DNA from: Deltaproteobacteria bacterium
GTDB taxonomy: Bacteria > Desulfobacterota > GWC2-55-46
DNA length: 64,000 nucleotides
Reading direction: 5' to 3'
Assembly (NCBI GenBank): GCA_016234855.1
Contig: JACRNO010000023.1
Coordinates: forward strand, 24,438-88,437
The notes under the pieces were generated by a model, which was not told where the DNA came from, ran no database searches, and saw only the letters and a list, made by a program, of their open reading frames with translations. Made by a program: the position numbers and the translations under genes. Below are positions 44,948 to 54,274 of the stretch, piece after piece. The first letter of the stretch is position 1. Each line of letters starts with the position of its first letter.

Positions 44948-47650
44948 TCACTTTATCTTCACCCTTGCGTCCACGGCAACGCAGCCCTGCCCTTCAGACA
45001 GGACAATGAGCGGGTTGATTTCCATCTGCTCTATCTCCGGGAAGTCCTCTATGAGCGCGGAGAGGCGAAGGAGCGTCTCCTTAAGCGCGGCCACGTCGCA
45101 GACCGGTCTGCCGCGATAGCCGAGGAGCATGGGCAGGCTCTTGAGGCGCTCCAACATCCTGTCCGGGTCTACGTCGCGCAGCGGATGGATGGAGAAGGAG
45201 ACGTCTTTTACAAGCTCGACCTGCACGCCGCCGAAGCCCAGCATTATAACCGGGCCGAAGACCGGGTCCTGCGTCACGCCGATAATCATCTCCGTGCCCG
45301 CGTTGCTCATCTTTTGCACTATGACGCCCTCCATCTGACGGCCCAGCCCTCTCGCCTCAAGGCTCGCCTTTATCTCGGCAAAGGCCGCCTTTGCGTCCGG
45401 CCCGTTCTTGACGCCGGTTATGACGCCCCTTACGTCGGTCTTGTGCGTGATGGTTGACGAACGCAGTTTTACGGCCACTGGACAGCCGATTGCGTCTGCC
45501 GCTGCCGCTGCCTCGTCAGGGGTTGAGGCGGCAACAGTCTCGGCGACGCCTATGCCGTAGTCCTTAATAAGCCTCATTGCAGCCTCCGGCATCAACCAGC
45601 CCTGCGCGGTCTTATCATCACCGTTGAATACGCGCTTACTGGCTCCGTCGGCGTCTATACCCGAAAACTTGATGATCGTCCCCTCGTCCATCTCCCTGTA
45701 TCTTGAATACTCGTAGGAAAGGGCGAGCGCGTAGACCGCGTCCTCAGGGAATATAAACGGCCTGAGCGCGCTCACGGCGTTCTTTCTGAGACTCGTGAGC
45801 GCCTCTTGAGACATCATGAAGCACGTCACCACCGGTTTTTCGCCCACCCGTTCGGTCAATACCGCGCCTATCGCGCTCGCGATATCGGCAGGTTTCGTGA
45901 CCATGGGCGGGATATAGATGACGATGATTGAATCGAGTTCCGGGTCATCGAGCATGACGGACAGGGCGCGCTTGAACGACTCGGCAGGCGCGGTCGCAAT
46001 CATATCCACCGGGTTTGTGGTTGCGGCGGCCTTAGGCAGAAACTCCCTGAGCCGCGCCTGGGTCTCGGCGGATAGCGGCTGCACCTTCAGCCCCAGCCCA
46101 TCGCAGGCGTCAGCCGCAAGCACGCCCGGGCCTCCGGCATTGGTCAATATGCCGACGCGCGGGCCTTTGGGAAGCGGCTGATGCGCCAGTATCTCGGCCG
46201 CGTTGAACATGGACTGAATCGAGTTGACGCGTATGACCCCGGCCTGACGGAAGAGCGCGTCGACCGCGATATCGGGCGCGGCCAGCGCGCCCGTGTGCGA
46301 GCCTGCGGCGGCCGCGCCTGCCGCGGATTTGCCCGACTTTATCGCTATTATCGGCTTCTTATAAGAGATGCGCCTTGCGATGCGCCCGAACTTACGGGGG
46401 TTACCGAAGGATTCGAGATACAGGACGATGACCCTTGTGGCCGGGTCGTCCTCCCAGAACTCAAGCAGGTCGTTATTGGAGATATCTATGCGGTTGCCAA
46501 TGGAGACGAAGTCCTTGATTCCGAGGTTGATACTGCGAGCGTGGTCGAGGAGCGCCAGCCCGAGGGCCCCGCTCTGGCTGCCGATGGAAAGTCCTCCGGA
46601 CGGCGGGGTCACCGGCGAAAATGTGGCGTTGAACTTCACGTCAGGCGAGTTGTTCATCGCGCCGAGACAGTTCGGCCCTATGACGCGAAGCCCGTACGCA
46701 AGACAGCGCTCTATGAGCTTATGCTCGCGCTCTTTTCCGTCTTTACCCGCCTCGGAAAACCCGGCGGAGATGATGACAACGCCGGTTGCCCCCTTCATGG
46801 CGCACTGCTCGACGGCCGCAAGGACGTGCTCCGCCGGCACGACGATTACGCCGACGTCGATATCGCCGGGCACGTCGAGGACGGTCGGATAAGCGAGCAC
46901 GCCCGCAATCGACGGAGCGTTCGGATTGACCGGAAAGACCACGCCGTTAAAGCCGTCCTTCAGGAGATTACGGAATACCGCCCCGCCGACGCTCTCAGGC
47001 GAGCGCGAGGCGCCGACGACCGCCACCCGTTTGGGAGCGAGTATCTTATTGACCCCGGCGCTGCGCGCCACGTGCTCGCGATACGCCGCGCGCTCCTCGT
47101 AACCGGCGGCGTCTTTAATATCGACCGTAATGACGAATGCGCCCTCGTCCATCACCTTCACAGTCTTGAAACCGCTGTTCTCGAATAGCTCTATCATGCG
47201 CGTGTTCTCAGGAAGGACGCGCGCGGTAAAACGCGCTATCCTGTACCCTGCCGCGGCCTTGACGAGTTCTTCAAGCAGTATCGAGCCTATCCCGCTGAGC
47301 TGGATATTGTCAGCCACGGCAAAGGCTAACTCGGCGTTTTTGGCGTCCTCGGCAACGTCCCATCTGCCTACGGCGATAATCCTCTCGTCCGCAGCCTCGC
47401 CCATGAGCGCGACTACGGCGTAGCGCTTCGGCGGCGTAACCTCGGTAAAGTGCTTCAGCTCTTCGGCGGAAATCTTTTCTTTTGCGTAATGGAAGCGAAG
47501 GTAGCGCGTATACGGCGTGAGTTTGTAGAAGAAGGCCTCGAGCATCGCCTTGTCATCCGGCCTTATCCTCCTGAGCTTGACGGACCTGCCGTCGCGCAAT
47601 ACAGCCTCGATGATTACGCTTTCAGCCGCAGCCGTGGTTTCCGCGCCCAT
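44948..47650 (-). CDS. GNAT acetyltransferase fused to NDP-forming acetyl-CoA synthetase (CoA-binding, ligase-CoA, ATP-grasp) domains
   Basis: 900 aa. N-terminal GNAT (...ELAFAVADNIQLSGIGSILLEEL...). Then a CoA-binding domain (VAVVGASRSPESVGGAVFRNL), a succinyl-CoA-synthetase-like region, and a C-terminal ATP-grasp. Confidence 0.8.
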   Translation of the reverse strand: MGAETTAAAESVIIEAVLRDGRSVKLRRIRPDDKAMLEAFFYKLTPYTRYLRFHYAKEKISAEELKHFTEVTPPKRYAVVALMGEAADERIIAVGRWDVAEDAKNAELAFAVADNIQLSGIGSILLEELVKAAAGYRIARFTARVLPENTRMIELFENSGFKTVKVMDEGAFVITVDIKDAAGYEERAAYREHVARSAGVNKILAPKRVAVVGASRSPESVGGAVFRNLLKDGFNGVVFPVNPNAPSIAGVLAYPTVLDVPGDIDVGVIVVPAEHVLAAVEQCAMKGATGVVIISAGFSEAGKDGKEREHKLIERCLAYGLRVIGPNCLGAMNNSPDVKFNATFSPVTPPSGGLSIGSQSGALGLALLDHARSINLGIKDFVSIGNRIDISNNDLLEFWEDDPATRVIVLYLESFGNPRKFGRIARRISYKKPIIAIKSGKSAAGAAAAGSHTGALAAPDIAVDALFRQAGVIRVNSIQSMFNAAEILAHQPLPKGPRVGILTNAGGPGVLAADACDGLGLKVQPLSAETQARLREFLPKAAATTNPVDMIATAPAESFKRALSVMLDDPELDSIIVIYIPPMVTKPADIASAIGAVLTERVGEKPVVTCFMMSQEALTSLRKNAVSALRPFIFPEDAVYALALSYEYSRYREMDEGTIIKFSGIDADGASKRVFNGDDKTAQGWLMPEAAMRLIKDYGIGVAETVAASTPDEAAAAADAIGCPVAVKLRSSTITHKTDVRGVITGVKNGPDAKAAFAEIKASLEARGLGRQMEGVIVQKMSNAGTEMIIGVTQDPVFGPVIMLGFGGVQVELVKDVSFSIHPLRDVDPDRMLERLKSLPMLLGYRGRPVCDVAALKETLLRLSALIEDFPEIEQMEINPLIVLSEGQGCVAVDARVKIK

Positions 47651-47779
47651 ATCACACCTCCGTTATAGCTATATATGGAGTTTATCGCTTACCCGGCAAA
47701 TTGCAACAGACAGTAATTACCTGATAAATGCCGCAACACTTAGCAGGCTGTTGAGAAGCACAGCACTGTCGTTCTATAT

Positions 47780-47860
47780 CGTCATTCCCGCGAAAGCGGG
47801 AATCTATATGTTGGCGATTCTGCATAGATTGGATTCCCGATTAAAACCTCGGGAATGACG
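47780..47860. repeat. Compound palindromic element E: 10-bp terminal inverted repeats CGTCATTCCC/GGGAATGACG enclosing hairpins attcccgc-gaaa-gcgggaat and attcccga-ttaaaacc-tcgggaat
   Basis: Read directly from the sequence. It sits in the divergent promoter region between the GNAT-ACS gene and rlmI. Confidence 0.55.
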
Positions 47861-47947
47861 TATTGGGTGTTTTTCAACAACCTGCTATAAATCGCTTTCA
47901 CAGGCGAACGCCCTCGGCTATAATGATTAAACTTACCGGAGGCGAAA

Positions 47948-49111
47948 ATGGATATTGCAATACTCAAACGCACGAGCCGTATAAACGCCGGTCACCTTTG
48001 GGTCTTTTCCAACGAGCTTGACCAAAGCCCCAGAGGGCTGCCGGCCGGGGGGCTTGTGGAACTGCGGGACAAGAAGGACAACTTTTTCGGCATCGGGTAC
48101 TGCAACCCGAACTCTCTCATCTCCATACGCATACTCTCGCGGGAGCGTTGCGCAATAGACGAGGCCTTTTTCATCGAGCGCATCACGCAGGCCCTCGCCT
48201 TCAGGAAGCGTTTTATCAAGGACACGGACGCCTATCGCGCCGTCTTCAGCGAGAGTGACGCCCTGCCCGGACTCATCGTGGACAGGTACGCCGACTGCGT
48301 CTCCATCCAGTTGCTGACCCTCGGCATGGACGCTCTCGCCGATATGGTCATCTCGGCCGTTGACGCGGTCATGGCGCCGAAGACCATAGTCTTGCGTAAC
48401 GACAGCAGCGCGCGCTCGCTCGAAGGCATATCGCTTGAGAAGAGGCTCGTCAAGGGTTTACTCGATCCCCTGCCGATAATTCACGACGCCAGGACGCTCT
48501 TCGAGGCAGACCCGCTCGGCGGGCAGAAGACTGGTTTCTTTCTCGACCAGGCGGCAAACCGGCGCGCGTTCGCAGGGCTTGTCGATAAAGGCCATGCGCT
48601 CGACCTATTCTGTTACTCAGGCGCGTGGGGGATAAAGCTTGCGGAGGCTGGCGCGACGGTTACGGGTGTTGATGCGTCGGAGGCCGCGGTGGCGCAGGCC
48701 TTGAGAAATGCTCGGATAAACGGACTCGAAGAGCGGTGCCGCTTTGTAAAATCCGACGTCTTTGACTTTGTAAAGGCTGAAGTCGTTGCCAAGCGTGCAT
48801 ACGATAATATCGTGCTCGACCCCCCCGCCTTTGTAAAGAGCAAGGCGAAGATAGCCGAGGCAATGCGCGCATACAAGGAACTGAACGTGTTATGCATGAA
48901 GATTCTAAAACCACACGGCCTGCTTGCCACGTCCTCGTGCTCGCACCACATTGACTACCCGGCATTCATGGGGATACTGCGCGACGCGGCGCGCGAGGCC
49001 GGAAGGCGCGCCCGCGTAATCGAGACGCGCTCGCAGCCGCCCGACCACCCTGTCTCTCTCGCCATGCCCGAGACCGAATACCTCAAATGCGTCATACTCG
49101 AAGTGAGTTGA
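47948..49111 (+). CDS. rlmI: 23S rRNA (cytosine1962-C5)-methyltransferase RlmI-like (PUA plus class I SAM MTase)
   Basis: 387 aa. SAM motif LDLFCYSGAWG. ...DPPAF... and ...TSSCS... are typical of RlmI/YccW. Confidence 0.75.
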   Translation: MDIAILKRTSRINAGHLWVFSNELDQSPRGLPAGGLVELRDKKDNFFGIGYCNPNSLISIRILSRERCAIDEAFFIERITQALAFRKRFIKDTDAYRAVFSESDALPGLIVDRYADCVSIQLLTLGMDALADMVISAVDAVMAPKTIVLRNDSSARSLEGISLEKRLVKGLLDPLPIIHDARTLFEADPLGGQKTGFFLDQAANRRAFAGLVDKGHALDLFCYSGAWGIKLAEAGATVTGVDASEAAVAQALRNARINGLEERCRFVKSDVFDFVKAEVVAKRAYDNIVLDPPAFVKSKAKIAEAMRAYKELNVLCMKILKPHGLLATSSCSHHIDYPAFMGILRDAAREAGRRARVIETRSQPPDHPVSLAMPETEYLKCVILEVS

Positions 49112-49116
49112 ACCGC

Positions 49117-50373
49117 TCAGGAGATAAGCCTGAAAAATGCCCAGTAGACGATGACGCTGATTACGGTCACGATTGCCCCTACCCTGGCAAACTCCATGAA
49201 GCTCAGCGTAGCCCCGCGCCTCTCCGCGTTCTGGATGACTATGACGTTGCTGGCCGCGCCGAGTATGAATAGGTTGCCGGCAATGGTCGAGCCTGCCGCA
49301 AGCGCCATCATCGCGCTCACGGGCGCGTCGGCCTTGACAAGGGCCGGCAGATAAAACGCGACGAACGGCACGTTAGAGAGCGCCTGACTGACAATTACGC
49401 CTGCGCCGAGGATGAACTCGGTTGACGTGACGCCCCTGCCCGCCGAATCCATTGCCGATTGAACGGCCCCGCCCGCCCAGACCCCTTCCATCAGGACGAA
49501 TAACGCGGCGAAGAAGATGAGCGTATGCCAGTCCACCGTCCTGAGGATTACAAGCCTCTTCGGGCTGAATATCAGTATTGGCGCAGCCGCTGCTACCGCG
49601 ATATAGGTCAACTTGAAATCGAAACCCGCATAAAGGAAGGCCGCTGCCGCCTTGATTGCTATGAGGCAGCAGACTATGACAAGCGAGGCTCTTGCAAGTC
49701 TGGCCAGGTGCCAATCAGTTACGTCCTCGCGCAGGCTGACGAGCGGTGTTTCATGGAATGCCTTCCTGTAAAAGATCTTCAGGACGAGATAGGTAAGAAA
49801 GAGGTTTATTACCGTCGGTATGGCGAGATACCATGCAAAGGTCACAAACGGATTCTCCACGCGCCCGCCAATGGCTATCAGGAGATTTTGCGGATTACCA
49901 ATGGGGCTCATGACGCTGCCGGTGGTTATCGCAAAGCACAGGGCCAGAAGCAGGAGCTTCGGCTCAACGCGATGCCTGTCAGCGAAGTACAGGACGAGCG
50001 GCGTGCCGATGATGGCAAGGGTATCGTTCATCAGTATGGCTGAGAATGCGCCCATTACAAAGAGTATAAGCAGGACGAGACCGTCCGTTGACTTTGCCCG
50101 CTTGAAGATGTCGAACGATATATGCTGCAGATAACCGCTCTCCACGAGAGCGACCCCAACGACGAACATGCCGAACAGGAAAAACATGACGTCCGCGTTT
50201 ATTGCCGACAGGGCGCGGCCGGGCGGGATGACCCCGGCGGCCACGACAACCGCTGCGCCACCGAGCATTATCTGCCAGATGGCCAGACGCAGAGGCCCCA
50301 GCCGCCTGACGATGATAAGGGCGAAGACGCAGAGCAGGACAAAAAGAGGGAATAGGTTTGTAAGGGAGGACAT
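49117..50373 (-). CDS. ArsB/NhaD-superfamily anion permease (CitMHS/SLC13-like)
   Basis: 418 aa with about 10-12 TM helices. PIGNPQNLLIA and ...AGSTIAGNLFILGAASNVIV... are permease signature repeats. Confidence 0.7.
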   Translation of the reverse strand: MSSLTNLFPLFVLLCVFALIIVRRLGPLRLAIWQIMLGGAAVVVAAGVIPPGRALSAINADVMFFLFGMFVVGVALVESGYLQHISFDIFKRAKSTDGLVLLILFVMGAFSAILMNDTLAIIGTPLVLYFADRHRVEPKLLLLALCFAITTGSVMSPIGNPQNLLIAIGGRVENPFVTFAWYLAIPTVINLFLTYLVLKIFYRKAFHETPLVSLREDVTDWHLARLARASLVIVCCLIAIKAAAAFLYAGFDFKLTYIAVAAAAPILIFSPKRLVILRTVDWHTLIFFAALFVLMEGVWAGGAVQSAMDSAGRGVTSTEFILGAGVIVSQALSNVPFVAFYLPALVKADAPVSAMMALAAGSTIAGNLFILGAASNVIVIQNAERRGATLSFMEFARVGAIVTVISVIVYWAFFRLIS

Positions 50374-50398
50374 TTAGCGCAGTAGCGAAGCTTCCAGT

Positions 50399-50812
50399 CT
50401 ATCGGAATTTCTTCAAAAACCTCTCTGCCGTCAATATTGGACAGCCTTTATACTTTTTCAGGCTGAGAAGATGCGAATCTCCACTGACGATGGCTTCCGC
50501 CTTTGCCGCTTCGGCACAGGCGAGAAATTTGTCGTCGTCAGGGTCTTTACAAATTCCGCGCGTCTCCCCGATGACCGATACAGGCTCGATATAGGGAAGC
50601 AATTCCACTTGAATTATATCCTTGATTTCCTTTTCAGTCAGTTTGAATTTAGGATAGGCCAATACTTTTATGTACTCCTCCACGACCTCACGGGAGGCGA
50701 TGAGCGTAAACGCCCTCTTCTTCCAGAGGGCATGAAGACGGGAGAGTTCTCCCCTGAAGAGGAGGGCTGATATCACCACATTAGTGTCAAGGACAGCCCT
50801 CTTATGGCTCAC
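50399..50812 (-). CDS. vapC: PIN-domain toxin (VapC family)
   Basis: 137 aa. LDTNVVISAL...D...E...SGD, the acidic residues of a PIN nuclease. Overlaps the upstream antitoxin by 4 nt. Confidence 0.75.
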   Translation of the reverse strand: MSHKRAVLDTNVVISALLFRGELSRLHALWKKRAFTLIASREVVEEYIKVLAYPKFKLTEKEIKDIIQVELLPYIEPVSVIGETRGICKDPDDDKFLACAEAAKAEAIVSGDSHLLSLKKYKGCPILTAERFLKKFR

Positions 50813-51048
50813 GCGGGTTTCCTTCTTGCCCAGCGTATCGCCTTGTCGATATCTTCATCCTTCAAGCGAAGCGCCGCGATCCTGTCCCTGACGCTTTCTA
50901 TTGTAGATTCCGCCGGGGTCATCCTGACGGGCTTGAGCATTATGGAGTTGTCCTTCACGGAGATATCGAAGTAATCGATATCCTCAAACCTGCCGGCGAT
51001 GCTCTTGGGCAGAGTAAGCTGGTTTTTCGATGTCTTTTTGGCAAGCAT
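50809..51048 (-). CDS. vapB: AbrB/MazE/SpoVT-type antitoxin (VapB-like)
   Basis: 79 aa. KNQLTLPKSIAGRF...IMLKPV swapped-hairpin motif. Confidence 0.65.
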   Translation of the reverse strand: MLAKKTSKNQLTLPKSIAGRFEDIDYFDISVKDNSIMLKPVRMTPAESTIESVRDRIAALRLKDEDIDKAIRWARRKPA

Positions 51049-51150
51049 TTTTCCTTATCTCCTTACTGTAAGGATAACATATTACAAGGAATTTGTAATT
51101 TATTCTCTCTTCTCCCAAATTTACAGTGCCCGCCCTGACCGGCCGGGCAT

Positions 51151-51200
51151 CCCCCCTCTCCCCCTGGCGGCGACACCTCACACAAGGGAAGAAGTTTTTT
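51151..51200. repeat. Family D repeat, partial copy 3
   Basis: cccccctctccccctggcggcgacacctcacacaagggaagaag shares both ends with 44881-44940. Confidence 0.45.
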
Positions 51201-51248
51201 TACATGCAGGGGGGCGGGTCTAACAAAAAGAAGGTTGTGCAGAGCCTG

Positions 51249-51767
51249 TCAATACTGTATCAGCGAGAAGACCGGGTGAGGCGTCAGCTTATTCCTGCCG
51301 GAGAGTTCCTCAAGCTCCACGATAAAGGCGCACTCGACTATCTTGGCGCCCATCTTGGAGACAAGCCCGGTCACGGCGGCGGCAGTGCCGCCTGTGGCAA
51401 GCAGGTCGTCCGCAATGACGACGCGCTGCCCTTTCGCTATCGCGTCCTGGTGTATCTCAAGCGAGTCTGTGCCGTATTCGAGCGCGTAGCTCGCCTTGTG
51501 GGTCTTGTGCGGGAGCTTGCCCGGCTTTCTTACGAGCACCACCCCGGCCCCGAGCTTGTAGGCAAGGGCCGCGCCCACGACAAAGCCGCGGGCCTCTATG
51601 CCCACGACCAGGTCGATGCCCTTGCCGACGTACCTGTGTCCAAGCAGGTCGACCATCCGCTGAAACATCGCAGGCTCCTTGCACAGGGTCGTGATGTCCT
51701 TGAAGAGTATGCCCTTCTTAGGAAAGTCGGGCACGTCGCGGATGGATTTTTTAAGTTGGTCTACCAT
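51249..51767 (-). CDS. apt: Adenine phosphoribosyltransferase
   Basis: 172 aa. FKDITTL...[17 protein letters not shown]-binding motif. Confidence 0.9.
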   Translation of the reverse strand: MVDQLKKSIRDVPDFPKKGILFKDITTLCKEPAMFQRMVDLLGHRYVGKGIDLVVGIEARGFVVGAALAYKLGAGVVLVRKPGKLPHKTHKASYALEYGTDSLEIHQDAIAKGQRVVIADDLLATGGTAAAVTGLVSKMGAKIVECAFIVELEELSGRNKLTPHPVFSLIQY

Positions 51768-51820
51768 TGGTTACGCTCCTCTTGTCTTTGATATTAAACA
51801 TCTCTTACACCGGCCTTCGG

Positions 51821-52741
51821 CTAAAGCAGGTCGCGCTCGTCAGAGCCGTTGGCGTCGTCGAGCATCTTGCGAAGCCTTGCAAGCGCCCTGACCTCAATCT
51901 GTCTGACCCTTTCGCGCGTAATCCCGAATATCAAGCCTATCGCCTCGAGCGTATGCGGCTCTTCATTGTCAAAACCGAAACGCAGCCGGATTATCGTGCG
52001 CTCGGTATCGTCAAGCGCGCCGAGCCAATGTTCAATCCTATCGGAACGGCGCACCTCGTCAATGATCTCCATGGGCGTCAGGTGCGCGTCGTCCGGCAGT
52101 TTCTCGCTGAGCGGTATCTCGCCTTCATCGCCGGAGATGGACGTGTCAAGCGAGTAGACCTTCTGATTTATGGACGTTAATTTCTTGACGTAGCGGCCGG
52201 ACAGGCCCGTTGCCTCGGCAAGTTCGCCAAGGTTCGGCTCGCGCTGCAACGCCACAGTGAGCGACCTTGAGACCTTGTTGAGCCGGGCAAGGTCGCTTGA
52301 GAGATGTATCGGGAGCCTGATGGTGGACGCCTGATTTGCAATCGCGCGCTCGACCGCCTGTCTTATCCAATACGTCGCGTACGTGGAGAACCTGAACCCC
52401 TTTGAAGGCTTGAACCGCTCGACCGACTTTATCAGGCCGATATTGCCCTCTTCGATGAGGTCCTGCAACGGCAGTCCCCTTGCGACGTAATGCTTTGCTA
52501 TGGCAACGACAAGACGCAGGTTCGCCTCAATCATCTGCCTGCGGGCAATCTTGTCCCCGGCGGAAACCTTTTTTGTCAGGCTCTTTTCCTCATCAAGCGT
52601 CAGCAGGGGGAATTTCTTAAGGTTGTTGAAATAAGCGGTTACAGAGTCGGACTTGGGAAATTCGTAATTTTTAGCGGCTGAATCGTCATCGTTGCCGCCG
52701 GCCTGCCCGCCCCGCTTGCCTGTCGTGATACGTTTACGCAT
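51821..52741 (-). CDS. rpoS: RNA polymerase sigma factor, sigma-70 family group 2 (RpoS-like by genomic context)
   Basis: 306 aa. Regions 2-4: [49 protein letters not shown]. Lies downstream of surE-pcm-nlpD. Confidence 0.75.
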   Translation of the reverse strand: MRKRITTGKRGGQAGGNDDDSAAKNYEFPKSDSVTAYFNNLKKFPLLTLDEEKSLTKKVSAGDKIARRQMIEANLRLVVAIAKHYVARGLPLQDLIEEGNIGLIKSVERFKPSKGFRFSTYATYWIRQAVERAIANQASTIRLPIHLSSDLARLNKVSRSLTVALQREPNLGELAEATGLSGRYVKKLTSINQKVYSLDTSISGDEGEIPLSEKLPDDAHLTPMEIIDEVRRSDRIEHWLGALDDTERTIIRLRFGFDNEEPHTLEAIGLIFGITRERVRQIEVRALARLRKMLDDANGSDERDLL

Positions 52742-52825
52742 AGCATGCCTCTATTATCCAGAAGAATATGGCGGCCGGCTCGCGAAGGGTTCAAGTTCAA
52801 TCTTCTTTTTACATCAAATTGCGGT

Positions 52826-53521
52826 CTAAGGCAAGAAAAAAAGCGGGTTTCTAACCTTCTTGCCCTGTCTCACCTCAAAATGCAGGTGACAACCCTCGGC
52901 GTTTCCAGTATCACCAACCGAGGCAATCACGTCGCCTTTTGACACCTTATCACCATCGCTGATAAGATTCTTTTTATTGTGGGCGTAGACCGTGTAAAAA
53001 TCGTCCTGATGTTTTAGTATCACCATATTCCCGTAACCGCGCATGTTGGAGACGTATACCGCCTTTCCGTCGCCGGCCGCCTTGATGGGTGTGCCTTCGG
53101 GGGCCTTGATGTCAATCCCGTCGTGTTTGGCGCCGCTTCGCATCCCGAACCTGGACTCGACCATGCCTGAAACGGGCCATGCAAACCGCTTCTTATCCAT
53201 GACTATCCTGTCTTCGCGCTCAGGCTCGACGACATAGTTAATCTTGGATTTTGTCTCATGCGTGGCAACGGCCCTGGCCTGCGGCAAAGGGTTGACCTTC
53301 AAGACCCTCCTTGCGTCCGGGATAAAGAGCTTGGACCCAGCGCGCAGCGTGCGCGGGTCGTCGACGTCGTTTATCTCGGCCAGGTCCTGCGGGTCGACCC
53401 CGTAGGTGTTTGCGATGCGATAGAGCGTCTCTCCGCTGCCCACGGTATGGACGACCCCCTTGCCTATCATCATGCACGATGAGACCGTAAGCAGCACCGC
53501 CGCAAGCACGACATGCAATTT
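52826..53521 (-). CDS. nlpD: LysM-domain M23 peptidase lipoprotein (NlpD-like)
   Basis: Lipoprotein signal MKLHVVLAAVLLTVSSC. LysM region HTVGSGETLYRIANTYGV. M23 motifs HDGIDI and CHLHFEV. Confidence 0.8.
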   Translation of the reverse strand, partial: KLHVVLAAVLLTVSSCMMIGKGVVHTVGSGETLYRIANTYGVDPQDLAEINDVDDPRTLRAGSKLFIPDARRVLKVNPLPQARAVATHETKSKINYVVEPEREDRIVMDKKRFAWPVSGMVESRFGMRSGAKHDGIDIKAPEGTPIKAAGDGKAVYVSNMRGYGNMVILKHQDDFYTVYAHNKKNLISDGDKVSKGDVIASVGDTGNAEGCHLHFEVRQGKKVRNPLFFLP

Positions 53522-53582
53522 CATGAAACTGATATCAAAGGGATTAAGCGAATCACAGGTCTTCATAATGAATGTAACGGCC

Positions 53583-54200
53583 TTACGCGGATTGCCAGCC
53601 GTGCTTGCCTATGAGTTTTACGAACCGGCAGTCAGCGATAACCTCCCGGACGATACCGGTCTGGTTCCTGGTTATCCTTATAAGACTCTGTTTGTCCTCG
53701 GCGCCGACCGGTATGATGAGCCTTGCGCCGGGTTTGAGCTGCTCTATGAGCGCGGCCGGTACATCAGGCGAGGCCGCGGCCACGATAATGGCGTCAAACG
53801 GGGCCTCGTCCGGCCAGCCGAGCGTGCCGTCGCCCGCCCTGATAATGACGTTTGAGGCGTGGAGTTCGTCGAGCATCTTCCTTGCGGCCACCGCCATACG
53901 GGGGATGCGCTCGATGGAGAAGACCTTGTAGGCGAGCATGGCGAGCACCGCCGTCTGATAACCGGAACCGGTGCCGAGTTCAAGAAGCCTCTCCGTGCCG
54001 TCAAGGCCAAGGGCGTCTATCATGGCCGCGACCATATATGGCTGCGAGATGGTCTGCCCCTCGCCTATGGGCAATGCGAAATCGCCATAGGCCTTACCGT
54101 GAAAGACCTCGTCTACGAAGAGGTGTCTCGGCACCTTACGCATGGCGTCAAGGATGGGCTGACGGCTTATGCCCCGCGCCTCTATCTGCGTGGCGACCAT
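53583..54200 (-). CDS. pcm: Protein-L-isoaspartate O-methyltransferase
   Basis: 205 aa. LELGTGSGYQTAVLA SAM-binding motif. Confidence 0.85.
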   Translation of the reverse strand: MVATQIEARGISRQPILDAMRKVPRHLFVDEVFHGKAYGDFALPIGEGQTISQPYMVAAMIDALGLDGTERLLELGTGSGYQTAVLAMLAYKVFSIERIPRMAVAARKMLDELHASNVIIRAGDGTLGWPDEAPFDAIIVAAASPDVPAALIEQLKPGARLIIPVGAEDKQSLIRITRNQTGIVREVIADCRFVKLIGKHGWQSA

Positions 54201-54274
54201 GGCAAGGCGCTGTCTCTCGTAGACGTCTCTCTTTGTAATCGTTATGCCCGTGGCGTGCCTCCAGCACGAAGTTT

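Noticed and set aside
46181-47188. 335-aa plus-strand ORF inside the GNAT-ACS gene.
   Set aside because: Antisense shadow of a gene with clear CoA-ligase motifs.
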